Shown here piece by piece: positions 1 to 9,508 of a DNA stretch of 64,000 bases (positions within the stretch are counted from its first letter, which is position 1; every line of letters begins with the position of its first letter). The notes beneath the pieces were generated by a model. That model made no database searches. It saw only the letters and a program-made list of their open reading frames with translations, and was not told where the DNA came from. The stretch spans positions 102,800-166,799 of the forward strand of contig JBCCYL010000005.1 of the NCBI GenBank assembly GCA_039189765.1, in the 5' to 3' direction. The stretch comes from Cyanobacteria bacterium P01_F01_bin.150 (GTDB lineage: Bacteria > Cyanobacteriota > Cyanobacteriia > CAKZMO01). A program made the translations under genes and the position numbers.

Positions 1-1197
1 AATCATATCGGCGTTGAGATTGAACTGACCGACGAGACGTTTGACTTGACCGTTGAGCTGCTCAGCAGGGATGGCGAGAGTGGATTGCCAAACAGCTATT
101 TGTTCTTGCGTGGAGGGCAAGCGGACATCGATGGTGACAATGGTACGCTGACGAACGGGAGTGTGGGACTTGGATGCCATGCCCGCTTGGAGTTGGCTAA
201 GGCCCACATCCAAGCGGCGTTGGCTGGGGCTGGAAATCAGCAGAGGGGTGGGAATTTCTGAGAGGAATTGGGAGACGATAAACGCAGTATTAACGGCATT
301 GCCTTGGGGATCGGTGCCGTCATCGGGCCATTCCAATAGGAGGGCGCTATTGCCGAGGATGGCGTTGCGATGCCAGCGTTGGGCGATCGCATGTAGGTCA
401 TCATGGTTGCTGGGGAGAGCGGCGATCGCCATGCCACATAAATCCACCCCCACCTGCTGACAGGCGGCTGCCGCAATGGCGCGGCGATCGCTACCATTAC
501 CGCCACATAGCTGCAAAATCGGCAGGGGCTGCTTGGCCCGAAACCAAGTGGAGGTCATACGCTGCACCAAGGTTTGGTGGCTGGGCACCAAAAATGGCGG
601 ACTGGAGCGGGCTGCGTGGATTAGTTTGCTGCGTCCCTGGAGCGATCGGTCTAAGGCTCCTAGATTGCCGTGGGAGCGTGGTCCTCCCGTTAGCCAAGCC
701 AGAATGGTTTCATCGATGCGGATGGGACTAGAGGTAAGCGATCGCCCCTGTCCCAGCTCAATCAACTGCCAGCGGCGCAGCGGTGAGGCGACAGATAAAA
801 CGCTCCAGTCTGGATTAGGCAACGCTCCTAAAGCCAGACTTAAAGTTGGGTAGCATTGCTGGTCGTTGCCGTGGAGGGTGGCAAATAGAGGGGCAAAGGT
901 GGAATCAAGCTCCATGCCTAGACACAGCAACAAAATATCTTGCTCAAAATTAGAGAGACCAAATTGTTGACAGAGCTGAACTAGGGAGGGAGGTGGGTTG
1001 AGGGTATCGAAGAGGGTCTGGAGATCTTGCTCGATATCTTGGGACGCTTGAGTATTGATGCGCTCAGATCCCAGGGTTCTCAAAGAACCCTGGGATCTTA
1101 TCTCTGGCAGACTTACCTCAGCTTTAGCCAGCAATAGCGCTTTTATTCGTTCTATTTCTAAAGACAGATAGGTTTGGTTGGTCGCCATCCAGTTCAT
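1..1197 (-). CDS. CIS-associated AAA+ ATPase (Afp15/Pvc15-like), N-terminal part; runs off the window edge
   Basis: Not in the ORF track. Reading from ATG 1197 gives MNWMATNQTYLSLEIERIKALL...LVQLCQQFGLSNFEQDILLLCLGMELDSTFAPLFATLHG...PTLSLAL...SPLRRWQLIE...IRIDETIL, the typical N-terminal region of eCIS ATPases. It lies directly downstream of the DUF4255 gene. Walker motifs are not in the window. Confidence 0.8.
   Translation of the reverse strand, partial: MNWMATNQTYLSLEIERIKALLLAKAEVSLPEIRSQGSLRTLGSERINTQASQDIEQDLQTLFDTLNPPPSLVQLCQQFGLSNFEQDILLLCLGMELDSTFAPLFATLHGNDQQCYPTLSLALGALPNPDWSVLSVASPLRRWQLIELGQGRSLTSSPIRIDETILAWLTGGPRSHGNLGALDRSLQGRSKLIHAARSSPPFLVPSHQTLVQRMTSTWFRAKQPLPILQLCGGNGSDRRAIAAAACQQVGVDLCGMAIAALPSNHDDLHAIAQRWHRNAILGNSALLLEWPDDGTDPQGNAVNTAFIVSQFLSEIPTPLLISSPSQRRLDVGLSQLQAGMASKSHTPVRQRTIVTIDVRLPSTQEQIAVWQSTLAIPAEQLNGQVKRLVGQFNLNADMI
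1066..1098. repeat. 33-bp palindrome AGATCCCAGGGTTCT-N3-AGAACCCTGGGATCT inside the ATPase CDS
   Basis: Perfect 15-bp arms. Same arms at 11783-11815, 28207-28271 (longer spacer), 24150-24164 (half) and 43407-43542 (variants). Confidence 0.9.
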
Positions 1198-1250
1198 AGC
1201 ATTGGGGGGGATAACAGCAAAATGATAGGGATAGAAATAACTGATTTGTT

Positions 1251-2549
1251 TTAATTAAGAGAATCTGCCCTAATCGTTATCATGGGGCCAATATACTGAT
1301 CGTGGGTCGGACTTTGTGCATCGGAATCAACCTCTAGGGGGCTTTCTGCACCGCCAATTTGGACCCGGACCAAATGCTCCCCGCCTTTAACTTTATCGAG
1401 GGTAAACGTCAGTTGGTGAGTGGGTTGAGAACGGCGATCGCCTCGCACAATGGTGGTGCCATCTCCGTTACTATCGGCTTCTCCGTTTAGCAACAAGAAC
1501 ACCGACTGTTCCGGATCGACCACTACATCGACTCGAACCGTTACCGTGGCCGAACAGTACTGATCGTCGATTTCCTCCACCTGGTCCACCGTAATATCTT
1601 GAGTGCCATAGAGAATCACCGGGCATAACACCAGCGGCATCACATTGGTGGTCACTTGGGCCGTTACCCCAGGTGAAGACTGGGGCTGCTGTAGCTGAAG
1701 GCAGACCCCTTGGACCCCGGCTCGGAGGCGCGATCGCGTTTCGGTCGGTAAAGCCGCCAAGTCAAGTTCAAACTGGGTGTCCGTCGCCACCGTTGGCTCC
1801 ACGCTCACCTCCCCAAATTGAATCCGCCCGCCTGCTGATGTCAACTGTCGTCCGTGAATAATCACATAGCTGTCCAGGGTACAGGGTTCACCCAAGGCAC
1901 CCCGCACTTCTACCTTGGTCAGGGCCGCAGATGTAGGCGAGGTATAAAACCGCCGACCCCGCACGGGCAGTGGCGCTTTACCTGGCTTCCGCCCTTGAAT
2001 CAGCACCGCAGTTGCTCGATAGGTAAACGATAAAGAGTAGGGAATTTGAAAAAATACCGACCACAAGCGTGATAACTCATCCGTGGTCATTTCATCGGGC
2101 AAAAATTTAACGGATTGCACCTGTTCATCCAGGGTTGACGGAGCTAATTCCGGTAAATTGCTGTTGATGGTGTCTTGAATCATTTCCGATGTCAGTACCG
2201 GATTATCCACCAAGGTTTGAATGGCACTTCCCAATAATCGCTGGGGTTCCAACCGTTGTTCATTGCCATAAAAGGTCAGAATATAGTTTAAATCCAGCCC
2301 CGCCTGACCATGCTTCGTCATCTCTACTTTGGGCCGACGGGTGCGCAAATCGGCATTGCGCCAAGCCGGGTTGGGAACCGCACTGTACATAAACAAATTA
2401 ATACAAGTGCCAGAAATCGACCCTGAGCCACTGGACGATTCTGGACGCACGGTGGTGACTTGAGTACCGGGGACTTCTCGACTCACCCCGGCCTGGAGCA
2501 TTCGCTTAAATGCGGCAGTAACGGTGGCGATCGCTAAATAATTACTCAT
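1251..2549 (-). CDS. DUF4255 / Pvc16-Afp16-like CIS cap (tail terminator) protein with C-terminal beta-rich extension
   Basis: MSNYLAIATVT..., INLFMY...NPAWRNADL, LDLNYILTFYG...QRLLG, DELSRLWSVF..PYSLSFTYRATAVLI; located next to CIS genes. Confidence 0.85.
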   Translation of the reverse strand: MSNYLAIATVTAAFKRMLQAGVSREVPGTQVTTVRPESSSGSGSISGTCINLFMYSAVPNPAWRNADLRTRRPKVEMTKHGQAGLDLNYILTFYGNEQRLEPQRLLGSAIQTLVDNPVLTSEMIQDTINSNLPELAPSTLDEQVQSVKFLPDEMTTDELSRLWSVFFQIPYSLSFTYRATAVLIQGRKPGKAPLPVRGRRFYTSPTSAALTKVEVRGALGEPCTLDSYVIIHGRQLTSAGGRIQFGEVSVEPTVATDTQFELDLAALPTETRSRLRAGVQGVCLQLQQPQSSPGVTAQVTTNVMPLVLCPVILYGTQDITVDQVEEIDDQYCSATVTVRVDVVVDPEQSVFLLLNGEADSNGDGTTIVRGDRRSQPTHQLTFTLDKVKGGEHLVRVQIGGAESPLEVDSDAQSPTHDQYIGPMITIRADSLN

Positions 2550-2997
2550 ATGCAATTCTCACTTGCAACGAATTGTCAATCTTCTCCAATCCCTAGCGCC
2601 AACATGTGTTAAATCGAGCACCATTAAACGATAAGAAATGCAACAGGACAGTACAACATGCTCATGTCCAAACAGCGATATTAAAGAAGACTAGGGGAAT
2701 AATAAAAACTTTCTTGACTAATCATAGAGGAGGTATCAAACTACCTCTAAAATCAGCACATTGGTTTAAGGGTTACTCAAAAAATTTGTTAGATATCCGC
2801 GTAGATCATCGTTAGTTCTTTTGTAGAGCTATTGACGACGTGGGTAACGTTAATCTCATAAAAATCGTAGAGGATGGGTTGTGCTGGCACTCGTTGTTTG
2901 GCATTGTCCTGTGGGTTAAGCCCAACTCTGCATATGTTAATACTCCTGATCAATTCTGACCCTCTAGCCCTCCATAAGGAAATAGGAGAAGTTGAGT

Positions 2998-4719
2998 ATG
3001 GCACGACTGGATTACTTTGCTCCCGGTGTCTATGTTGAGGAGGTCGAACGCGGTAGTCGACCCATCCAAGGCATTAGTATGAGCGTCGCCGGATTTGTGG
3101 GTTTCACTCAAGATGTCCGTGGTGATGCGGAGATGTTTGAGCCGACGTTAATTACGAGTTGGCAGCAGTATTTAGAAAATTTTGCCAGCGTTGGGTCCGA
3201 TGGGATTGCCGAATTTCGACACAATGGGGAAAAAGTTTATCCTTATCTTCCGTTCGCAGTTAAAGGCTGGTTTGATAATGGCGGTGGGCGATGTTGGGTC
3301 GTCAGCATTGGCAAGGAGCTTCCTGTCCCAAATACTGCGGTGATCGAAGAAGCCACCATTCCGCCAGCTTTAACGGAAGCTAGAACCTCTGGCAATAAGG
3401 AATCGTTGCGATTGCAACTCAAGCCAGAAAAAGAATCATTGGGGCGATTTCGCGTTCAGATCGAACCAGACACTCCCATCCCAGATCCTGAGTCTGAAGA
3501 AGACCCCTTTGATACTGGGGAATACTTTAAGGTTAAGGTTTCATATGGTGGTGAAGATTTAGAGGTATTTGACCATCTCACTATGGACCCTGCGGCGAGT
3601 GGACAACCGGCAGGAGGCCAATATGTGGAAACGGCCCTAGCTGAATCAGAGTACTTGGATATTGACGTGGTGGCAGAAGAGGGGTTGCCACTAGCAAAGC
3701 GTCCAGCTAACAAAACTCTAGAAGTGCGCCCCAGGGAAGTGCCTATTCGGACCCAGCAGTGGTACCAGGAAACCTATGGTAATCAGGCCAAGCGATCGGG
3801 GGTTGCCGGATTGTTTGAGGTGGATGATGTGGCGATGGTGGCCTGTCCTGATTTAATGTTTGCCTACCAGCATAGGTTTCTAGATTTGGATCAAATTCAT
3901 GGTCTGCTGGAAATGATGATCACAAACTGTGAAAATGCAGCGCCTAGTCCGGCCTATCGGATGGCCGTAATTGATCCTCCCCCTGTCAAGCCTCGTAGAG
4001 GCAATGATCCGGTTCGTCCTGAGCAACAAAAGCCCCAGGATGTGGAGAACTGGTTGATGGATAGCTTTGGACGGCGATCGCAATTTGCAGCCCTCTACTA
4101 TCCCTGGATTAAGGTTCCCAATCCCAAACAGGCCGGTAAGCCGATTACGATCCCCCCTTGTGGTCATATGTTAGGGATTTGGTGTCGCACGGATGAGACC
4201 CGTGGTATTTACAAAGCACCCGCTAATGAAGTTCCGAAAGGTGTTATTGGTCTTGCTTACGACACTAATTTCCGAGAGCAAGAACTATTGAACCCCCAAG
4301 GCATTAACTGCATCCGTAAGTTCCGCAATAGAGGCACGTTAGTTTGGGGTGCCCGTACGCTGGTGGAAAAAGCTGATGTCAATTGGCGATACATCAGCGT
4401 TCGTCGCTTGATGAGCTACATTGAAAAATCCATTGAAGAAGGGACCCAATGGGCGGTATTTGAACCCAACGATGAAGATCTATGGGCAAGAGTCACCCGA
4501 ACCGTTAAAAATTTCCTGGAACGGCTTTGGCGACAGGGAGCGTTATTTGGCAGCACTCCAGAAGAAGCTTTCTACGTCAAATGCGATGCAGATCTTAATA
4601 CTCCAGAAAGTATGAAGCTGGGGTTGTTGTTTGTCGATGTGGGGGTTGCGCCCGTACGTCCCGCTGAGTTTGTCGTATTCCGCATTAGTCAGTGGGACCC
4701 GACTCAGGATCAGGGGTAA
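2998..4719 (+). CDS. Contractile tail sheath protein
   Basis: MARLDYFAPGVYVEEV, AALYYPWI, PPCGH, KAPANE, LNPQGINCIR, VWGARTL, WRYISVRRL, WAVFEPND, VRPAEFVVFRI; AGGAG RBS upstream. Confidence 0.95.
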   Translation: MARLDYFAPGVYVEEVERGSRPIQGISMSVAGFVGFTQDVRGDAEMFEPTLITSWQQYLENFASVGSDGIAEFRHNGEKVYPYLPFAVKGWFDNGGGRCWVVSIGKELPVPNTAVIEEATIPPALTEARTSGNKESLRLQLKPEKESLGRFRVQIEPDTPIPDPESEEDPFDTGEYFKVKVSYGGEDLEVFDHLTMDPAASGQPAGGQYVETALAESEYLDIDVVAEEGLPLAKRPANKTLEVRPREVPIRTQQWYQETYGNQAKRSGVAGLFEVDDVAMVACPDLMFAYQHRFLDLDQIHGLLEMMITNCENAAPSPAYRMAVIDPPPVKPRRGNDPVRPEQQKPQDVENWLMDSFGRRSQFAALYYPWIKVPNPKQAGKPITIPPCGHMLGIWCRTDETRGIYKAPANEVPKGVIGLAYDTNFREQELLNPQGINCIRKFRNRGTLVWGARTLVEKADVNWRYISVRRLMSYIEKSIEEGTQWAVFEPNDEDLWARVTRTVKNFLERLWRQGALFGSTPEEAFYVKCDADLNTPESMKLGLLFVDVGVAPVRPAEFVVFRISQWDPTQDQG

Positions 4720-4835
4720 TGAGTTTGGGAGTTATGGGGTTATGGAGTTTGGGAGTTATGGGGTTATGGAGTTGCAGTATGTATCTTTAATCCTCTAACT
4801 CTCCAACTCCCCAACCCTCCAACACCCAAACTCTA
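4720..4835. repeat. Octamer short tandem repeats (GGAGTTAT/GGGGTTAT, then inverted CTCCAACT-like)
   Basis: Tandem 8-mers followed by their approximate complement between the sheath and tube genes. Confidence 0.8.
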
Positions 4836-4874
4836 TACAGGTTTTGAATTTATAATCATATTTGGAGGATAAAA

Positions 4875-5339
4875 ATGGCTGAAGCTGAATTGCTCACCGC
4901 GTGTCGGTTTTATTTTGAAGCCGACGGACTAGCAGAAAAACAGATTTTAGAAGTGGGTGGGCTGTCTGTTGAATCTCCAGTAGCCGGAGATGGAGGCGTG
5001 CATGGCTCCTCCAAAGGCGCAGTCAAAATGCGTCAGGCGACTCCTACTACTGAAAAATTCGCCAATGTTACCGTTAAGCTAGTGGCGACAACGGATGTGG
5101 ATTTGTACGAGTGGTATAAGAACTGCAACACCAATGATGGCGGCAAGTCAGATTGGTCTGCTAATCGCAAAGCAGCATCTGTTAGTGCTTACGATCAGGG
5201 CGGTGAAATGAAGGCGCGCTGGGAACTGAAGATGGCTTATCCCTGTAAGTATGAAGGGCCGAGCTTTACGGCATCAGATACCAATATGGCGAACGAATCC
5301 CTTGAACTGGTGCATGAAGGCATCGAGCGAGTGCAGTAG
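4875..5339 (+). CDS. Tail tube protein (T4 gp19-like) 1
   Basis: RFYFE, LYEWY, RKAASVSAYDQ, ARWELKMAYPCKYEGP, ESLELVHEGIERV; GGAGG RBS. Confidence 0.92.
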   Translation: MAEAELLTACRFYFEADGLAEKQILEVGGLSVESPVAGDGGVHGSSKGAVKMRQATPTTEKFANVTVKLVATTDVDLYEWYKNCNTNDGGKSDWSANRKAASVSAYDQGGEMKARWELKMAYPCKYEGPSFTASDTNMANESLELVHEGIERVQ

Positions 5340-5344
5340 CGATC

Positions 5345-5580
5345 GCGTAGATCGCGTAGGGTGCCATTAGCGAAGCGTAATGCACCACCCACAGCTCACG
5401 TAGATCGCGTAGGGTGCATTAGCAAAGCGTAATGCACCACTCACAGTTTTTAGCACGGTAAGGGATCTGCCTAAGAGTCAAGGATCGGTGCGTTACGGCT
5501 GTCGCCTAACACACCCTACGCATAAGGGATCTGCTTCAGGAAATCGGTGCGTTACGGCTGTCGTCTAACGCACCCTATGT
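5345..5580. repeat. Cluster of GTAG-type REP-like palindromes
   Basis: CGTAGGGTGC(C)ATTAGC.AAGCGTAATGCACC twice, then two inverted GGTGCGTTACGGCTGTCG.CTAAC.CACCCTA units. Related units near 16252, 20120, 22470, 24485 and 28120. Confidence 0.8.
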
Positions 5581-5634
5581 ATAAGGGGTTTGCTAACGTT
5601 GATACCCAGTGCCAAAGTATTGTGAGGATCAAGC

Positions 5635-6159
5635 ATGGCTGAGTCACAAACTGCCTCAGGATTACAGGGAGGAGCAGGGGGTTTTGCTGAATTGTTGCTG
5701 GCTAGTCGGTTCTACATGGAGCTGACGTTAGATGGTGGCGATGACAAAGTAGATGCGACTTTTCTCGAATGTGCAGGGTTTGAGCGATCGCTCGAAATGG
5801 CCCAACTCCATGAAGTGGCACCGGAGCAATGGGGCGACTCAAAAGTCGGTCGAGTCGTGCAGGTCCAAATTCCGGGCAATGCTAAGACAGAAAATATTGT
5901 GCTGAAGCGAGGGTTAACGAGTTCTATGACCCTATGGAACTGGTTTGCTGCGGTGGAATCAGGACAATGGTCCAAGCAATGTCGCGATGGCTCTCTGGTT
6001 ATTTACGACCAAGGCGGAACAGAGCAAGCCCGCTTTAACTTCACCGGAGCCTGGCCGTTGCGATACAAAGCAGCGGATCTTAGCGCCCAAAGTACAGACA
6101 TGGAAATCGAAGAACTAGAAATGGCAGTTGAAGCCCTAGTGCGGGTGAAACCCAACTAA
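5635..6159 (+). CDS. Tail tube protein (gp19-like) 2
   Basis: SRFYMEL, ATFLECAG, NIVLKRGLT..MTLWNWF, RDGSLVIYDQ, GAWPLRYK, IEELEMAVE. Confidence 0.92.
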   Translation: MAESQTASGLQGGAGGFAELLLASRFYMELTLDGGDDKVDATFLECAGFERSLEMAQLHEVAPEQWGDSKVGRVVQVQIPGNAKTENIVLKRGLTSSMTLWNWFAAVESGQWSKQCRDGSLVIYDQGGTEQARFNFTGAWPLRYKAADLSAQSTDMEIEELEMAVEALVRVKPN

Positions 6160-6370
6160 AGGCAGAAGGCAGCTTGCCCTGAGCGAAGCCGTTGGCGTAG
6201 CCGCCCCATAGGGGCTAGGGAAGGCAGAAGAACCCACCCCTAGCCCCTCCCAAGAGGGGGACCGAACCTCCCTAACTCCCTTCCGGCCCCTGAGCGAAGT
6301 CGTTGGCGCAGCCTCTCTGCAAGAGTTAGGGCAACTCCCTCTAAAATCCAAAATCTAAAATCCAAAATAA
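6160..6370. repeat. Composite of small dispersed repeats
   Basis: Two CCCTGAGCGAAG.CGTTGGCG.AGCC copies, an ACCCACCCCTAGCCCCTCCCAAGAGGGG hairpin (cf. 54287) and AAAATCC/AAAATCT heptamers. Confidence 0.7.
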
Positions 6371-6374
6371 AAAG

Positions 6375-6752
6375 ATGTTTTCAACTGAATTCAAATTTAC
6401 TTTGCCCAAGGGCTATTTAGATGAGGAGGGAACCCTGCATCGTTCTGGTACTATGCGGTTGGCTAAGGCGATTGATGAAATTACGCCGTTGGAGGATCCA
6501 CGCGTCCAGGCCAATCCTGCCTATGCCACGGTGATGATTTTGGCTCGGGTCGTCACTCAGCTTGGATTATTAAATGAGATTAGCCCCATGATTATTGAAA
6601 ATTTATATGCCAGCGATCTAAATTATCTTTATAACCTCTATCGTCAAGTAAATGATTTGAACCCGGATGTTGATCTTGGGCAACAGCAAATAATCAGACA
6701 ACAGCGGATGGAGGTAGAACCCGAGTCAGCCCCTATGGGACAGGAGTCATAA
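6375..6752 (+). CDS. Tail assembly chaperone-like protein of CIS
   Basis: MFSTEFKFTLPKGYLDEEGTLHRSGTMRLA..DEI.PL.DPRV..NPAY..ILARVVT.LG, IENLYASDLNYL. Confidence 0.85.
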   Translation: MFSTEFKFTLPKGYLDEEGTLHRSGTMRLAKAIDEITPLEDPRVQANPAYATVMILARVVTQLGLLNEISPMIIENLYASDLNYLYNLYRQVNDLNPDVDLGQQQIIRQQRMEVEPESAPMGQES

Positions 6753-9422
6753 ATGGGACAGCGATTGCCTGATGTTGTAGAGCTGGTTACCCGTAAGTTT
6801 CGTGAAGTCGCCAACGTGGTGACTAACCCGGTTGCAACGGCACGGCGGGCAGGTTCCAAGAAATTCCTCTCTTGGTATACCAATCAAACCCTTCCAGGTG
6901 GTCAATCGTCCTCAACATCTGATGAAGAGGGTCAAGCATCTCAGCCTTCTTCGCCTATTCCTTCATCCCATACACCACCGCCACCGCCCTCTTCGATATC
7001 TGCATCAAGGCGATCTACTGCCAATGCTCAATCAACCCCAGCTCAATCAGCTTTAGAGCAGCCCCAAGATCCGGCGACGTTGCCGCTGTGGGACGAGCCA
7101 ATTGACGATAATCGCATAGGGGAATTTTTTGAGGATGAATTAGGGGATGTTGGGGACTTGAATAGTGTTTCTGCTAACTACTGGCAGAAAAAAGCTGTCT
7201 TGTTACTACAACCAGATGAGACTCTAAAAGGGAGTCAGTGGTATAACTACACCATTGGCCAAGTAATTCGTAGAACGGATTGGGTCCGGTGGTATGGGGC
7301 GCGCAACCAATCTGACGATGCGGTGATTATCCAGGAATATATCCTGCGCCAATCTGACTTTAGCCGAGAAGAAATTGAGGCGCGTCAGCGGGCGTTTGAA
7401 CGCTTGATATCGCTCAATATTGCTGCGATTAATGGTCCTGGCGAGGGGCGTGATTTTCGTATTGTTCGGCTCGTAGAAGCATTTGCCCCCAGGATTAAAC
7501 GGGGTTCGGATGAGGCTGGACGGTGCTACTTGGTGGTGAAGCCCTTGCCTGCTGTGTCTTTAAAGGATTATCTGGCCCAGCGTGGCTCATTACCATCGCC
7601 CCAAATTCGGGAAGTGCTGAAGCAGCTTTTGCAAACCCTGCGATTTCTCCAAACCGCTTGTCGGATCACTTTTTCTGAGACTCAGAGCACCGTTGGTATC
7701 CCCCACGGCAATTTGAATTTAGATACGCTGTTTATCCGCCATAGTCCCTTAGCGGGGGCCAATAGCGATCGCCAATTTTTCATTCATGTCACTGATTTGA
7801 CCCTGTGGGAACACCTGATTTATCCTGAAGCCCCTCGCCATCATGAGCGAGTAGCCCAATCCAGCAGTGACTTGGGGAGCGTGGAAGAGGATTTGGCGGC
7901 GCTGGGGCGGATTGGCTTTCAGCTTGCAGGGGGAACCGTCGATCCCCATACGCAGGAGGTTATTGGTCTTCACGATAAGCATCTATGGCGGCATTTAGAT
8001 GCGTCTTTATATGATCACTTGTGCTGTTTAATTGGTGAACGAACCCCCTTTAAGTCGGCAGAGAGTGCTTTAAAGTCCCTCTTAAACCCACCTGCGTCAC
8101 CGCTATCTTCGACGCAATCAACATCAGACCATGATGACGAATCCCCAGGGGTGATGACTGGGACTACTGATGATGGGGACTCTCAACCGTCAAGCACAGG
8201 GGAGTCTTTTCTGCGCCAGTGGTGGAAGCTACTGCTGCTGTTGGGATTATTGGGACTAGGGGCGATCGCTCTTTCCTTTTGCGGTCGCCAACCCTTAAGT
8301 CCGAAAGACGCCACGGAACTCCCCTTAGAAGAGACAAAAGACAATTCTTTAGCAGCGATTGGACCGTTACCGACGGAGTTGCAGTATCACACTGAAGAGA
8401 GTGGCGCATGGCGAACTGTGTTGGATGGAAGAGCGATTGCTGGCGAGCGGAAAGCCCTTTCAGAACGACAAAAGCAGAGAATTACGCCGACTCCGTTACT
8501 CGATGAAATAGCCTATCGGAATGGGTTTACTTGGACTCAAAATTCTCCTTCCTTCCAACCCCGTCATCGCATCATCAATTTTATTCAAGATCAGGATGAG
8601 CATATTGGCTTTTTGCGCGATGGTGAGGATCTTGCAGACAATCCTAATATAGACACTCAGACGATTGCCCATGATGGATTAGCCATTTTAGTGCCTTTTA
8701 CAGATGCTTATAATGGGGGAAATGCTCCAGAGTTTTTCAACGGCCAAATTAGCATCGAACAATTAAGAAAATTGTATACCCGCTCCAGTCTTGATGAGGT
8801 TGTTTGGAATGGTGAAAAAATTGATTTGTATTTTCCTCCTTATGGAGAACAAGGAGAAGAAGCTGTCCTTATTTTTAAGGAAAAGGTATTAGAAAATAAT
8901 CCAGAATTAGAAGCTCTATTTGACAAGTTAAGAATAGCGGCCAATGAGCGAGATATCAAGCAATTGATAAGTAAGCGTAAAAATGATTTCAATATAAACA
9001 ATAATTTTTATGAGTTAATGTTGGATAACTATACGAAAGAACGACGGTTAGCTATTGGCTTTGACCGATTTAGTGAGGCATTTGGTCAATGTTCTACCTA
9101 TCCCCTCGCCGTTGGTTCTTCGTCAGGCGCAAAACATCAACCGCTCAGGCTAAATAATGATGACAAAATTAATCCCAAAACTGATCTGTGTGGGATGAAA
9201 GGGAGCTACTATACTCATCTTTCGGAGAACTATCCACTACGATATGACCTGGTAGTCGCTTATAAATCAGGTTCTGAGGCTGGGGCGCAGGCAGTAGATG
9301 TATTCCACACGTTGGAAGCACAATATTTGATTGGAGAGATGGGGTTAATGCCTGTTACAGAACGCAGCAAGATATATGACGTTGTTTGGCGTCAAAAAAA
9401 AGAGGAGGATAAAAAATCGTAG
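6753..9422 (+). CDS. Ser/Thr-kinase-like (degenerate) domain + TM helix + PstS-like substrate-binding domain
   Basis: Kinase-like segments VIIQEY, FRIVRLVEAF, YLVVKP..SLKDYL, QLLQTLRFL, PHGNLN, DLAALG; TM WWKLLLLLGLLGLGAIALSF; PBP-like IAHDGLAILV, GQISIEQLRKLY, AIGF, YPLRYDLVVAY. Confidence 0.75.
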   Translation: MGQRLPDVVELVTRKFREVANVVTNPVATARRAGSKKFLSWYTNQTLPGGQSSSTSDEEGQASQPSSPIPSSHTPPPPPSSISASRRSTANAQSTPAQSALEQPQDPATLPLWDEPIDDNRIGEFFEDELGDVGDLNSVSANYWQKKAVLLLQPDETLKGSQWYNYTIGQVIRRTDWVRWYGARNQSDDAVIIQEYILRQSDFSREEIEARQRAFERLISLNIAAINGPGEGRDFRIVRLVEAFAPRIKRGSDEAGRCYLVVKPLPAVSLKDYLAQRGSLPSPQIREVLKQLLQTLRFLQTACRITFSETQSTVGIPHGNLNLDTLFIRHSPLAGANSDRQFFIHVTDLTLWEHLIYPEAPRHHERVAQSSSDLGSVEEDLAALGRIGFQLAGGTVDPHTQEVIGLHDKHLWRHLDASLYDHLCCLIGERTPFKSAESALKSLLNPPASPLSSTQSTSDHDDESPGVMTGTTDDGDSQPSSTGESFLRQWWKLLLLLGLLGLGAIALSFCGRQPLSPKDATELPLEETKDNSLAAIGPLPTELQYHTEESGAWRTVLDGRAIAGERKALSERQKQRITPTPLLDEIAYRNGFTWTQNSPSFQPRHRIINFIQDQDEHIGFLRDGEDLADNPNIDTQTIAHDGLAILVPFTDAYNGGNAPEFFNGQISIEQLRKLYTRSSLDEVVWNGEKIDLYFPPYGEQGEEAVLIFKEKVLENNPELEALFDKLRIAANERDIKQLISKRKNDFNINNNFYELMLDNYTKERRLAIGFDRFSEAFGQCSTYPLAVGSSSGAKHQPLRLNNDDKINPKTDLCGMKGSYYTHLSENYPLRYDLVVAYKSGSEAGAQAVDVFHTLEAQYLIGEMGLMPVTERSKIYDVVWRQKKEEDKKS

Positions 9423-9508
9423 AGCAATATTAGCGGATTTCGTTTTAAGACAATAACGAGAATAGTGATACTCTCTAATGGCTGAATAACTAAATAGGGT
9501 TAGAAACT

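Noticed and set aside
46..853. Tracked short ORFs at the window start
   Set aside because: They overlap the minus-strand ATPase frame (1197 to <1), which has recognisable family motifs.
5345..5580. Possible CRISPR array
   Set aside because: Units occur in both orientations with irregular spacing, match dispersed GTAG-REP palindromes elsewhere, and no cas genes are present.
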